Assembly: GCF_009914755.1 (NCBI RefSeq)
Contig: NC_060931.1
Direction: 5' to 3' (one strand)
DNA from: the human T2T-CHM13v2.0 reference genome, Homo sapiens
DNA length: 64,000 nt
Shown one piece after another: positions 14,181 to 34,202 of this stretch. The position numbers and the translations under genes were made by a program. Each line of letters begins with the position of its first letter. Within the stretch, counting starts at the first letter, position 1. The notes beneath the pieces were generated by a model. It searched no databases. It was given only the letters and a program-made list of their open reading frames with translations, and was not told where the DNA came from.

Positions 14181-15257
14181 ATATTTTTGACTCATTTTAT
14201 ATTTGTGTTCAAAAGGAATAAAAGAACAAAATATTCTTTTTAGGTTATAAATGTTAGCAAAATGCAGCATTTGAAAGATAGAAAATATGAAGTAAGAGAT
14301 AGCAACTTGACTGCACTGTATATAGCAACCATTTCAGTTTGTTGACAAGCAAGAAAATAATAGTCATGTTATATGAGAAAAGGTTTTGAATTATAATTTT
14401 CGAAACCATGCAAATTGTTATATCTATTTCTATTATTATTAAAAGTAATAGTTATTACCAATAATAATAATAATAATAGAGAAAATATTGCATGGATACA
14501 CAAAACTTTGACACATAAAACAAGTATATAATTAGACTATGACTTTTTAAAAATCTGTGCTAAAATAATAGACATCATAATATTACAAGACTCTAAATTA
14601 GGCCTCAAGTTGATAAATAGATATTCTGGAAGTACAACTTAAAATTTTTTTAGAAAAAAAAACACTTAAAGATTGAAAAACTTCAGTAGAGTATACAACT
14701 TTTCACCAGGAGGCCAAATACTGTGTTACTTCATAATATGAAAAAAGTTTTACAAACTTATAGAAATGGTAAAGCAAAATCTAAGCACATAGTTTTGGAG
14801 GTAAGAGTCTTAAGGAATATTAATGTCAAAAAAAAAGGATTCCTCTCTTAATAAAGTTTCTAAGAGCACCAGGTGACTATTTCACTAAGGAAAATTAAAG
14901 TATGCCTCAGCTAAGCTCATATTGTCACTTCTGGATATTTGGGATGTTAACAGATAAAAATGTGTTTTTTATGAAGAATTGACAAAGTAAGATAATAGTG
15001 ACCTATTCTATAAAATTTCTGAATAATATGAATTATAATTACAAAATTAAAAACAGAAATCATCTCCTTTATTAAGAAAAGAATCTCAACCATCTTTTTG
15101 TCATTCACAATTCATTTTGTCAGTCAAAATTAAGGCTGAACTAAAAGTCAATACCACTATGTGGATTTTTCTTATTACCTTACAGTGATTGGACTAGATA
15201 TTCAGTGGAAAACCTCATTACTGAAACTCTGTTATTAAAAGTGGGTGAATGAATCAT

Positions 15258-15925
15258 TTTTATTTATCCATAATATTTGTACATATTTATGGGATATGTA
15301 TGATATTTTGCTACATGAACAGAATGTGTAATGATCAAGTCAGTATATCGTTTTTATGTGTTAGGAACATTGTAAGTCTCCTCTTCTAGCTATTTGAAAT
15401 GTGCACTGTGTTCTTGTTAACTATAGTTACCCTACTCTGCTATCAAATATTAAAACTTACTCCTTCTATCTAACTCAGTGTTTGTACTGATAAAAGAAAA
15501 ACTTCGCCAAATTAAATTTAAAGGAATTTAATTGAGCTATGAACGATTCGCAGATTGAGCACCCTGCCATGCCAGAGTAGGCTCAGAGACTCCAGCGTAG
15601 TCACATGGTGGGAGAAGATTTATGGACAGAAAAAGGAAAGTAACATACAGAAAACTGAAATGAGGTAAAGAAACGGCTGGATTGGTTACAGGTTGGCACT
15701 TTCCTTATTTGAACATGGTTCCAACAGTTGGCTACATTTGATTGGCCAAAACTCAGTAATTGGCACAAGTGTAGGCTTCGGTCTGTTTACAGCTCCACTA
15801 GTTATAGTTCACGATGTACATAAAAACCCTTAACCTGAACTTAAAATATGTAAGGAGGTAGCTTTAGGCTAATCTTGATTTAACAGTGCCCACTAACCAA
15901 CGTCTCACATTCCCTCCTTCTGCCA
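15258..15925 (-). mobile_element. L1MA 3' end interrupted by a MER57 LTR
   Basis: TTTGTACATATTTATGGG...TTGTTAACTATAGTTACCCTACT. Confidence 0.6.
15488..15885 (-). mobile_element. MER57-family solo LTR (ERV1)
   Basis: Reverse complement begins TGTTAAATCAAGATTAGCCTAAAGCT; TG...CA ends; 4-bp TSD GTAC/GTGC. Confidence 0.7.
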
Positions 15926-16550
15926 GAACAAATAGTTTAAACCCACACAGCTGGTTATTAAATTTATTATAAATTGTGTCTACAAGATAACAAAGGAAAC
16001 GATTTGGTCAAATAACTACTGGTCAAGTCAGTTAAACATAGTCAGTTAACACAGGTTTGGGCATAGCCTAAGCCTCCTATGCCTGAAGATTAAATGTGGA
16101 AGTGGTGCATGAAGTACTCAGCATGGTGACCAGGGCATATTGAGCACCCGATAAAATCCTTACTATAAAAACAAAAACATAAAACCAGTCAAACCAGTCT
16201 TTTGACATCATATAAAAGATAAACTGTCATTCGACTGAATTTTTCATATTTCACACAAATATTTTTCATGCTATAATCTCAGCCCTAATCTCAGATGACA
16301 GAGAAAAAGGTAGCAAAAACACTACTTTATAGTAGATCTTTAAAATTAATCTAATTATGTAACTCTGTGGCATGTTTCACCACAACAGATGAGTCAAAAA
16401 ACATGACTCCTATAACGTAGGATGCATCTCACATGAAAATTAAATAGCACTGTTCTTTAAGAATGAACAAGAAATGCACTGAAATGATTGAACACTTGTG
16501 TTTAACACTAATATTAAGTACTCTATCCTTATTGACTCACAATAGCATGG

Positions 16551-16584
16551 TCATTATCATCATCATCATTATCATCATCATCAT
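16551..16584 (+). repeat. (CAT)n microsatellite
   Basis: Imperfect CAT repeat read directly. Confidence 0.8.
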
Positions 16585-17303
16585 TTCTAGCATAAGCATC
16601 ATATGTGATACCAAAGCATTAAGTAATTTTTAAGCTTAAATGATCAATTCTCCATCCTATTGTCTTTTCAACACTGATTTTATTTCTGCAGCTACTTGAG
16701 GTTGGGCATCTTTAGGTTATTCTGGAATTTTACACACTAGTATCTTCTCTCTGAAGAAGTTAACATTACATACAATTCGAGAGTACAAAGAGAACTGATT
16801 ATATATTTCTTCAGATAAACAAGTCTTCTTATACAAATGTAGAAATCAACCTCTGGATTTCCGAAATAATACATCTTGAATGTTCCCCAGATGCTGCTAC
16901 TATGGTGACAGACTAACTGGTAACATTCTGGAGTGCTTTACTGTAATGGCTGGTTCTGTTATTTCTTAAAGCAGAAAAATGGTTTTAAAAAGTAAGACTA
17001 AAATGAAATATTTCCCAAGTTGTTACCCCTTTTTTCTGTTTATCTACAATGCTGTCTCAGCAAAACACAAAATCTAGACCAAATTAATATCCCACAGAAA
17101 TTTCTAATGTGTAATTTCTATAATTTTCTTCCTTCTTATATTAGTCTTTTAAAAGGCATTGAATTCATTAATGAACAGGATATTTAGCTACCCTGACAAC
17201 TAATATCTGTACAATCAATTAAAAATCATCCATGCTGGTGACTAGATTCAGTTGTTAATATATCCATTAAAAAACAGGGTGAAGTATTTGTTTTCCAGAT
17301 TAA

Positions 17304-18038
<735 letters not shown>

Positions 18039-18426
18039 TGAAGCAAACATTATCAAAGAAAGAAATTAGCCAGACATCTAATTAAATTTCCTTTACACTT
18101 TGCAAAAAGATTCTCACATAAGATTACAATGATTAACTTTCTATAAAAATAACTGCAGGTAATGAGTACTTTATATACATTAACTCACTTAAGTCTTATA
18201 ATAACCCTGAAAATTAGAAATTATTATCTTTTCTTTACAAATGAGAAAATTGCAGGTTAGAAGAATTAAATAACTTGTCTACAGTTATACAGTTAGTAGA
18301 GGCAGAGCTGGACTTGCAACTAGATCTACTCCAAATACTATGATCACTTATTCGTGAGTGAAAGCAAAGATATTTCGTAGATATTCATCTCCAGAGAAAA
18401 GAAAAAAGCCAGAAGAAATTATTTAA

Positions 18427-18739
<313 letters not shown>

Positions 18740-19418
18740 GAAATTGATTTGAATTATGATGGGGAGCATTGAAGTTAGCTTATAGAGAGTGCTATGTTAT
18801 CAATGAGGATGAGATGTGGAAAGGAAGCACTCAGGGAGATACAAAGGTACTGGTAATGCTCCCGTTATTAAATTGGGTGGTGGTTTCACTGGTGCTCATT
18901 ATGTCACCATACTTTATCCCTTATGTATGGGTTACAGTCTCAGTGCATATTAAAATATTATGTAACAAAAATATTTTAAAAAATTTGTCAGAGAAATGAG
19001 TTACTGAGGAATGTTGTGAAGTCTTTGTCTAAGTATCTTAAAAAATAAAAACCAATATTCTTTTCCTCTGAGTACCGCATAATCCATGAGAGGGTTGGAT
19101 GCTACCATGGCACACACAGAACTCCTGACTGTACACTTAACTGTCATTACTGTTTCTTTGCTATTTCTGTGTTAGAACTCAAATGACTCCACTGGGTATT
19201 AGAGAAAATCTGCCCTTACAATAGGATTAGAACAAAAATCTCAAGAGGATCAGTGCTTCCAGGAAGGTCATTTTGATTCAAGTGGACAACTTGAATTTGG
19301 ATTATAGCCTTTGAGTAATTCCTATTACGCCAACAGCTACCTTTCCTTGATATTAAGGTACTAGACTGAATTTTTAGAATGGCAAGCCATTGCGACATCA
19401 CGTTAAAGTGCAAACATG

Positions 19419-19738
<320 letters not shown>

Positions 19739-19869
19739 TCAAAAATAGTAGTTTCTCTCTTTTAGCTGATGTGTTCTCTCAAAGTGACCCCAATAAGAAC
19801 TGATTAATTCATGATTTTTTTTTTTTTTAGTTCTATCCTGTTCTCACAGATATCTGATAGGCCAATTGA

Positions 19870-20316
<447 letters not shown>

Positions 20317-20607
20317 TATTTCTTGATTTTAGATTAACTTTTACATTTTAAGTTTTATGTTTATCAAAATTCATTTATATAACTTAAGAAGTCATATAGT
20401 ACTATTAAATTGATAATGGACAGGAACCTGTGAGGGTCCTATTCCTCTCAATCTTTCATGCCCAGCCTCCAGATTTAACTTCTTTCAACTCTTTTATCTC
20501 TTTCTTTAGCTATTTACACTTATATTTCTAGCTAATATGCATATAGTGCTCTTTTAATTATTCCATGTTAGATATTTATTTCTCAATTTCTTATGATGAA
20601 AAATTTC

Positions 20608-20973
20608 TTTTTTTATTTTAAGACATTTATTTCAATATATCTAAGACTTCATTGCATTAGAATATCAAATTGGCTCCTTTTCTCCTTTATAACAGCTATA
20701 GTTTGTTCAGCTGCAAATAGAGCAAAAAAAGATGATCAACAAGTATTACAACAAAAATACTAGATTTTTGCTGTAATTCCTGTCTATAGACAGACTTTTC
20801 TATAATACTATCTGGGAAACTATCTCAATACACAGCCAAGTAATTTAAAATTTCTTTCAAGCCAAATTGCTACTAGGTCACTATGCTCAGTTACTAAGAC
20901 AGTAGCTACATAGTCATTCTACCTACTCCATCTTTGTTCTTCATTTGATCTCAGTCTTTTTTTTTTTAACTCA
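20608..20973 (-). mobile_element. 3'-transduced flank carried by the L1
   Basis: Non-L1 sequence between the L1 tail and the TSD; own AATAAA (20626-20631, - strand) and second A tail (20608-20619). Confidence 0.8.
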
Positions 20974-21187
20974 TTTTTTTTTATTATACTTTAAGTTTTA
21001 GGGTACATGTGCACATTGTGCAGGTTAGTTACATATGTATACATGTGCCACGCTGGTGCGCTGCACCCACTAACTCGTCATCTAGCATTAGGTATATCTC
21101 CCAATGCTATCCCTCCCCCCTCCCCCCACCCCACAACAGTCCCCAGAGTGTGATATTCCCCTTCCTGTGTCCATGTGATCTCATTGT

Positions 21188-25015
<3,828 letters not shown>

Positions 25016-25078
25016 TATGATATTAGCTGGTGATTTTGCTTGTTAGTTGATGCAGTTTCTTCCTAGTCTCGATGGTCT

Positions 25079-26095
25079 TTACATTTTGGCATGATTTTGC
25101 AGCGGCTGGTACCGGTTGTTCCTTTCCAAGTTTAGTGCTTCCTTCAGGAGCTCTTGTAAGGCAGGCCTGGTGGTGACAAAATCTCTCAGCATTTGCTTGT
25201 CTGTAAAGTATTTTATTTCTCCTTCACTTATGAAGCTTAGTTTGGCTGGATATGAAATTCTGGGTTGAAAATTCTTTTCTTTAAGAATGTTGAATATTGG
25301 CCCCCACTCTCTTCTGGCTTGTAGGGTTTCTGCCGAGAGATCCGCTGTTAGTCTGATGGGCTTCCCTTTGTGGGTAACCCGACCTTTCTCTCTGGCTGCC
25401 CTTAACATTTTTTCCTTCATTTCAACTTTGGTGAATCTGACAATTATGTGTCTTGGAGTTGCTCTTCTCGAGGAGTATCTTTGTGGCATTCTCTGTATTT
25501 CCTGAATCTGATCGTTGGCCTGCCTTGCTAGATTGGGGAAGTTCTCCTGGATAATATCCTGCAGAGTGTTTTCCAACTTGGTTCCATTCTCCCCATCACT
25601 TTCAGGTACACCAATCAGACGTAGATTTGGTCTTTTCACATAGTCCCATATTTCTTGGAGGCTTTGCTCATTTCTTTTTATTCTTTTTTCTCTAAACTTC
25701 CCTTCTCGCTTCATTTCATTCATTTCATCTTCCATCACTAATACCCTTTCTTCCAGTTGATCGCATCGGCTCCTGAGGCTTCTGCATTCTTCACGTGGTT
25801 CTCGAGCCTTGGTTTTCAGCTCCATGAGCTCCTTTAAGCACTTGTCTCTATTGGTTATTCTAGTTATACATTCTTCTAAATTTTTTTCAAAGTTTTCAAC
25901 TTCTTTGCCTTTGGTTTGAATGTCCTCCCGTAGCTCAGAGTAATTTGATCGTCTGAAGCCTTCTTCTCTCAGCTCGTCAAAGTCATTCTCCATCCAGCTT
26001 TGTTCCGTTGCTGGTGAGGAACTGCGTTCCTTTGGAGGAGGAGAGGCGCTCTGCGTTTTAGAGTTTCCAGTTTTTCTGTTCTGTTTTTTTCCCAT
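25079..26095 (-). CDS. L1 ORF1p, 338 aa, open
   Basis: MGKKQNRKTGNSKTQ...YQPLQNHAKM; retains the REKG, ARR and YPAKLS motifs. Confidence 0.9.
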   Translation of the reverse strand: MGKKQNRKTGNSKTQSASPPPKERSSSPATEQSWMENDFDELREEGFRRSNYSELREDIQTKGKEVENFEKNLEECITRITNRDKCLKELMELKTKAREPREECRSLRSRCDQLEERVLVMEDEMNEMKREGKFREKRIKRNEQSLQEIWDYVKRPNLRLIGVPESDGENGTKLENTLQDIIQENFPNLARQANDQIQEIQRMPQRYSSRRATPRHIIVRFTKVEMKEKMLRAAREKGRVTHKGKPIRLTADLSAETLQARREWGPIFNILKEKNFQPRISYPAKLSFISEGEIKYFTDKQMLRDFVTTRPALQELLKEALNLERNNRYQPLQNHAKM

Positions 26096-26550
26096 CTTTT
26101 TGGTTTTATCTACTTTTGGTCTTTGATGATGGTGATGTACAGATGGGTTTTTGGTGTGGATGTCCTTTCTGTTTGTTAGTTTTCCTTCTAACAGATAGGA
26201 CCCTCAGCTGCAGGTCTGTTGGAATACCCTGCCATGTGAGGTGTCAGTGTGCCCCTGCTGGGGGGTGCCTCCCAGTTAGGCTGCTCAGGGGTCAGGGGTC
26301 AGGGACCCACTTGAGGAGGCAGTCTGCCTGTTCTCAGATCTCCAGCTGTGTGCTGGGAGAACCACTGCTCTCTTCAAAGCTGTCAGACAGGGACATTTAA
26401 GTCTGCAGAGGTTACTGCTGTCTTTTTGTTTGTCTGTGCCCTGCCCCCATTGGTGGAGCCTACAGAGGCAGGCAGGCCTCCTTGAGCTGTGGTGGGCTCC
26501 ACCCAGTTCGAGCTTCCCGGCTGCTTTGTTTACCTAAGCAAGCCTGGGCA

Positions 26551-26766
26551 ATGGTGGGCGCCCCTCCCCCAGCCTCGCTGCCGCCTTGCAGTTTGATCTC
26601 AGACTGCTGTGCTAGCAATCAGCCAGACTCCGTGGGCGTAGGACCCTCCGAGCCATGTGCGGGATATAATCTCGTGGTGCGCCGTTTTTTAAGCCGGTCG
26701 GAAAAGCACAATATTCGGGTGGGAGTGACCCGATTTTCCAGGTGCGTCCATCACCCCTTTCTTTGA
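26551..26766 (+). CDS. L1 ORF0 (antisense primate L1 ORF), 71 aa, open
   Basis: gcaATGG; MVGAPPPASLPPCSLISDCCASNQPDSVGVGPSEPCAGYNLVVRRFLSRSEKHNIRVGVTRFSRCVHHPFL matches ORF0. Confidence 0.75.
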   Translation: MVGAPPPASLPPCSLISDCCASNQPDSVGVGPSEPCAGYNLVVRRFLSRSEKHNIRVGVTRFSRCVHHPFL

Positions 26767-27130
26767 CTCGGAAAGGGAACTCCCTGACCCCTTGCGCTTC
26801 CCAAGTGAGGCAATGCCTCGCCCTGCTTCAGCTCACACACGGTGCACGCACCCACTGACCTGCGCCCACTGTCTGGCAATCCCTAGTGAGATGAACCTGG
26901 TACCTCAGATGGAAATGCAGAAATCACCCGTCTTCTGCGTCGCTCACGCTGGGAGCTGTATACCGGAGCTGTTCCTATTCGGCCATCTTGGCTCCTCCGA
27001 TGAAAAATTTCGATTGGCTCCTGTACATCATTTCCTCACATTCTTATCTAACCCAACCTTACAATTTTTGGTCAACTCAGTATTCATTTTACATATGCAA
27101 ATATTGTTCATAACTAAGCCACAAAGTGTT

Positions 27131-27552
<422 letters not shown>

Positions 27553-28004
27553 TGACATCTTTTTTGGAGTCCAGATCCTCCTGCTCCTGTCTGGACTGGT
27601 TGCTCTCTAGACCTTCTGCATAGCAACAGCCTAAAGTTTTCCCTAATTATCATCTTGGGTTTTCCCTTTGTCTTTCCTCTATGTTGAAATCCGTGTTTCC
27701 TGGAACCTATGTCTTCCTATTTCTTGGTTTTTCTTCCTCATTTTAGTGGATATATATCATCTGATAGCTTCCTAAGTTCATGAGAACAATACTTTTGAAA
27801 TCTTGCAAATCTGAAAGTGTCTTCAATTTACCTTCATGCCCTATTAAGTTTGACTGGATATATAATCCAGGGATGGTGCAAATCATTTTTCCTTATATTT
27901 TTAAGGCCTTGATCTTCTGTCTTTCACCTTCCAATGTTGAGAAGCATGGTGCCATTCTGATCCCTGAATCTGTTTTTTTTTTCTCTATAGGAGCTTTTAT
28001 AAAA

Positions 28005-30049
28005 TATTCATTTATTTACAAATATTTATTGAACAGCCATTACTGTGCCAGGGTCTGTTTTAGATGCTGGGGATTACAGCATTGAAAAAAGAAAGCCACA
28101 CCTACATTCCTACCTTTGTGGAGCTTACATTCTAGTGGGGGAGGCATAATAAATAAGATAAATAAGTAGAACATATAGTATATTAGGTAGTGATAAATAC
28201 TCAAGAAGAAAAGGAGAATATGTAGTGTCAGGGGTAGAAATTTGGATAAGGGCCTTATTTAAAAGAAAACTTTTAAGTAAAGACCTGAAGGTAGTAAGGT
28301 ACCAAGCCATGCTAATATCCAGGGAATTTCCTTTCTGGGCAGAGAGAACACTAAGTGCACAGGCTGTGAGACAGAAGTGTGACTGGTTTGTTTGAGGAAC
28401 AAGAAGCACTTGTTTGGGAAGCCACTGTGGCTGGAGCAAAGTGAACAAGATGAAAGGTAGAAGGCAATGAGTTCAGAGCAATAAGATGGGCCGGATCATG
28501 TGAGGAAATGGGTTTATACTCTACAAGAGATGAGAGGCTATTAGAGAATTTTTAGCAGAAATGGGACTAATCTGACTTTGGCATCAAGCAAAAGAATCGC
28601 CTGAGGGAAGAGGTAAGGGTGAGGACTTAGAACGCTATTGCAGTAATTCAGGTGAGTAGCAATGGTGGCTTGCACCAGAATGATGGTAGTGGAGATGTAA
28701 GAAACGGTCAAATTCTGGACATATTCCAAAGGTAGAGCTAACAGTATTTGTTGACTTAATGCAGGTAGAAAGTGAGAGAAAGGAGTCAAGCATGAAAAAG
28801 TTTTGGCCTGCAAAAAGGAAGAAAGGAGTTGCCCTTAACTAAGGGTAACTAAGGACGGAGAAGCCTGTGAGAAGAACAGGTTGGGAGAGGTATCTGTAGC
28901 TCAGTTCTGTTCATACTAAATCTGAGATGTCAACTGGAGATATCAAATAGACAGTCTGGGAGAAGTCCAAGCTAAGATATAAATGTAAAACTTCTCAAAG
29001 TATCAATGGTATTTAAAGTCTTGTGATTGGATAAGATCACCCAGAGAGTGTGAGTAGGTACAAAAGTCCAAGGCACTCCAACATTTAGAGGTTGAAAAGA
29101 TGAAAAGGAATCGGGAAAGAAAAAAAAGACAGAGAAGGAGCAGCTAGAAAATTAAGACACAAACTAAGTGTAATGTGTCCTGGAAGTCAAGTGAAGAAGT
29201 GTCTCAAGGAGGAGAGAGTGATTATCTGTGTCAAAAGCTGTTGATAAATCAAGGAAGAGGAGGCCTGAGAGATAGCCATCAATTTAACATCATGGAGGTC
29301 ATCAGAGACTTTAGGTAGAGCAGTTTTGATGGCATGATGCTGATGAAAACATGATTACAGTGGGTTTAAGAGAGAATGGGGGATGGGTGGAGAGAAATTG
29401 GCAATGGCTAGAGTGTTGCTGAAAAGGGAAACAAAAATGGAGCAGAAACTGGAAACGTGGGTTTAAGAAAAGGCTGGCTTTATACACACACACAGAGAGA
29501 GAAGAAAAGAAGAGAATTGCTGGAGCAACCTCCTTGAGTAAGCAAGAGGGGATGAAATCTAATGCAGAAGTGGAGAAATTGGCCTTTGCTAGAAGAGTTC
29601 ATCAAAAGTAACAGGGGAGAAGGCAGAACATAGGCCCCCGTGATGCAAGTAGAAGGATATTGTGGTGGTGGAAGTTTGTATAAGATCTCTTTTAGTTGTT
29701 TCAAAACCTTTCTTAGCAAAAGACAGCAACATTGTTAGCTTAAAGGGAGGAAGCTGGCAGAGTTGGAGTTTGATGAGAGAGGAGATGGTATAAGGTGGTC
29801 ACTAGGAGCAAGAATGAACCTTGGAAATATGGCATGAGTAAAACAGCATTAGACCAGAATCTCTCATTCTAATTCTTGGGATTAGTGTCATTAATTTAAA
29901 ATTATGCTAGTCAGTGTGGTTTTTCCACAGTTTTATTCAGCTGTGGCAGAGAGTAGAGACAAAGAGTGAGCTTTGAGTTGGATTTAATCCAAGTTGTGGT
30001 TTTCTCAAACAAGGACAAAGAAGGAAAAAAGGCAAGGGAGATGAAGGCA

Positions 30050-30050
<1 letters not shown>
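28005..30050 (-). mobile_element. L2 relic
   Basis: TTCATTTATTTACAAATATTTATTGA 3' end and typical L2 body. Confidence 0.7.
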
Positions 30051-30992
<942 letters not shown>

Positions 30993-31669
30993 TGTCTGGT
31001 GGTTCTTGATTATCTGTTTGCTTGTGTGTATATTGGCACTGTTTAATGATAAGTGGGTTCCTCTAAGAGTGATGTGCCAGGACTATTGAGTCAGAGGGCC
31101 TCCAAAAAGGACCTTCTCATCTTGTCTCAGGCTGATTCATTTCCTTGGAGAGGATTTCTGGCAACATCGCATCTGGGAGTATATGTCTAGCCTAAAAAGT
31201 TCTGGAAGCCAAGAAGGAAAACAGAGGCAGGGAGGTTTACTGACTCTTATATCAGTTTGACACCCCATCCCTAATCTCAGCTGTACCTGATGTCTCCAAG
31301 ACCAGAGCCTCTCTAATTCAAAATTTCTAGATACAGTCCCAGAAGACTTATGTCTTCTGCCAAAATGACTTTGCTCTTCTGCAGACAATAGGGATTTCAA
31401 ATTTATTTTTATCTACTAAATCTTTTACTGAGATCAACTTTCTATCTTCTAAAATTTTTATGATATCTCTGGCGTGATGTCATCTCCTCTCACATTCCTT
31501 TTATCCTTTAAGGTTTGTATCTTTTTAAAGGCCAAAGCTTCTATTTATGCTTTTTGGTGAAGCATATTCCATGCTCTTCCCTGACTCCATAGTAGAGAAG
31601 ACAATATTTGAGATAATAAAAGTTAGAAGTCCCAAGAAAATGGCCATCTATATTAATCATAGACTGGCA

Positions 31670-32147
31670 CTGTGGATTTGTGTCCCTCCAAAAGATGTTG
31701 GAGTCCTAATACCTAGTACCTGTGAATGTGACCTAACTTAGAAATACGGACTTTACAGACAATCAAGTTAAAATCAGGTCATTAGGGTAAGCCCTAATCC
31801 ATTATGACTGTGTCCTTATAAAAAGGGGAAATTTGGACACAGAGACAGAGACAGACATGAATGGAAGACAGATTATGTGAAGACACACAGGGAGAATGCC
31901 ATGTGTCAATAATAGCAGAGACTGAAGTATTGCATCTATAAGCCAAGGAATGCCAAAGACTGCCAGCAAAACATGAGAAGCTAGGAGAGAGGCATGAAAC
32001 AAATTCTCATAGCCCTGAGAAGGGACCAACCCGGCTGACACCTTGATCTCACACTTCTACCCTCCTTAACTGTGAGACAATACATTTCTATTGACTAGGC
32101 CACTCGGTTTGTGGTTCTTTGTTATAGCAGCCCTAGCCAACTAATTT
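31670..32147 (+). mobile_element. MLT1 (B/C-like) MaLR LTR
   Basis: GTACCTGTGAATGTGACC...GCCAAGGAATGCCAAAG...TTTGTTATAGCAGCCCTAG. Confidence 0.75.
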
Positions 32148-32393
32148 ACTGGATGTTGGGAATGCATGAGCTCAACTCTTCCTACTCTTCTCCTTTGCCT
32201 TATTTTTCCAGCAGAGAGGATAGGAAATGAATGGCAAACAATCTGGGTGAACTACCAAGGCAAGATGGAGCTAGACTGAACAGAGGATACTGAGGTGATA
32301 TAATTATAAGGAAACAGATTTGTAGCCTCTGAAATTCATTCTGATACCTTTGAACACTGGCTGGCACCAGAGTCCTGGTAAAAATATTAGTCT

Positions 32394-32593
<200 letters not shown>

Positions 32594-33256
32594 CTACCCA
32601 CGTGTCTTTTCTGACCCTAGGCCCTCATTCAGTCGATGTCCAAAATTTATCCTTTTCAACCACAGACCTCTCCTCTCATGCTCAAAATTTCAATCTTTTT
32701 TCCATCAAATAACTCATCCCCTACTTCTTCAATAACACTACTACTTCCTTGAAGATAGCTGTTTTTATGAGTGGTGATCTGATTTAAAGTGAATGACTGA
32801 TGGAATTTAAAAGAGAGATAGGTTTGGGCTTCAGGACCTTTCAGTGTTCTTTGCTGATTACCCTTCTTGTTTTTTTCTGAAGTAGTTGTGGTAAAGTGCT
32901 GTAGTGACTCAGAGCTTGGTTTGAATTCTAGCTCTGTCAGTTATTATCCATGCAATAAAATAGAAAACATTTCAACTCTCTCAGTTTCCATTTCTTTATT
33001 TGTAAGAATTATTGGCCAATAAAGTTTTTCTCACAGGGTTTTAGTGAGGATTAAATGAATAATATAAATAAAACCCCTAGACAGTGCCCTGTGCTGTACA
33101 AGCATAAAAATGAAAGCTAGCTCTCATACCTAAGCATTTATCTTACGCAGTTTGACCCAGAAGAAGGAGCGTGAAATCAGTCCTGCCCTAACAAACTATC
33201 CCCCTCCATTCATCACTGCTTTCCATGTCTTTATAAGAAAAATTCCACAGGGAGTC

Positions 33257-34202
<946 letters not shown>

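Noticed and set aside
20957-20982. TSD expected immediately after the L1 poly(A)
   Set aside because: No match to the 5' flank here; the true TSD is at 20595-20607.
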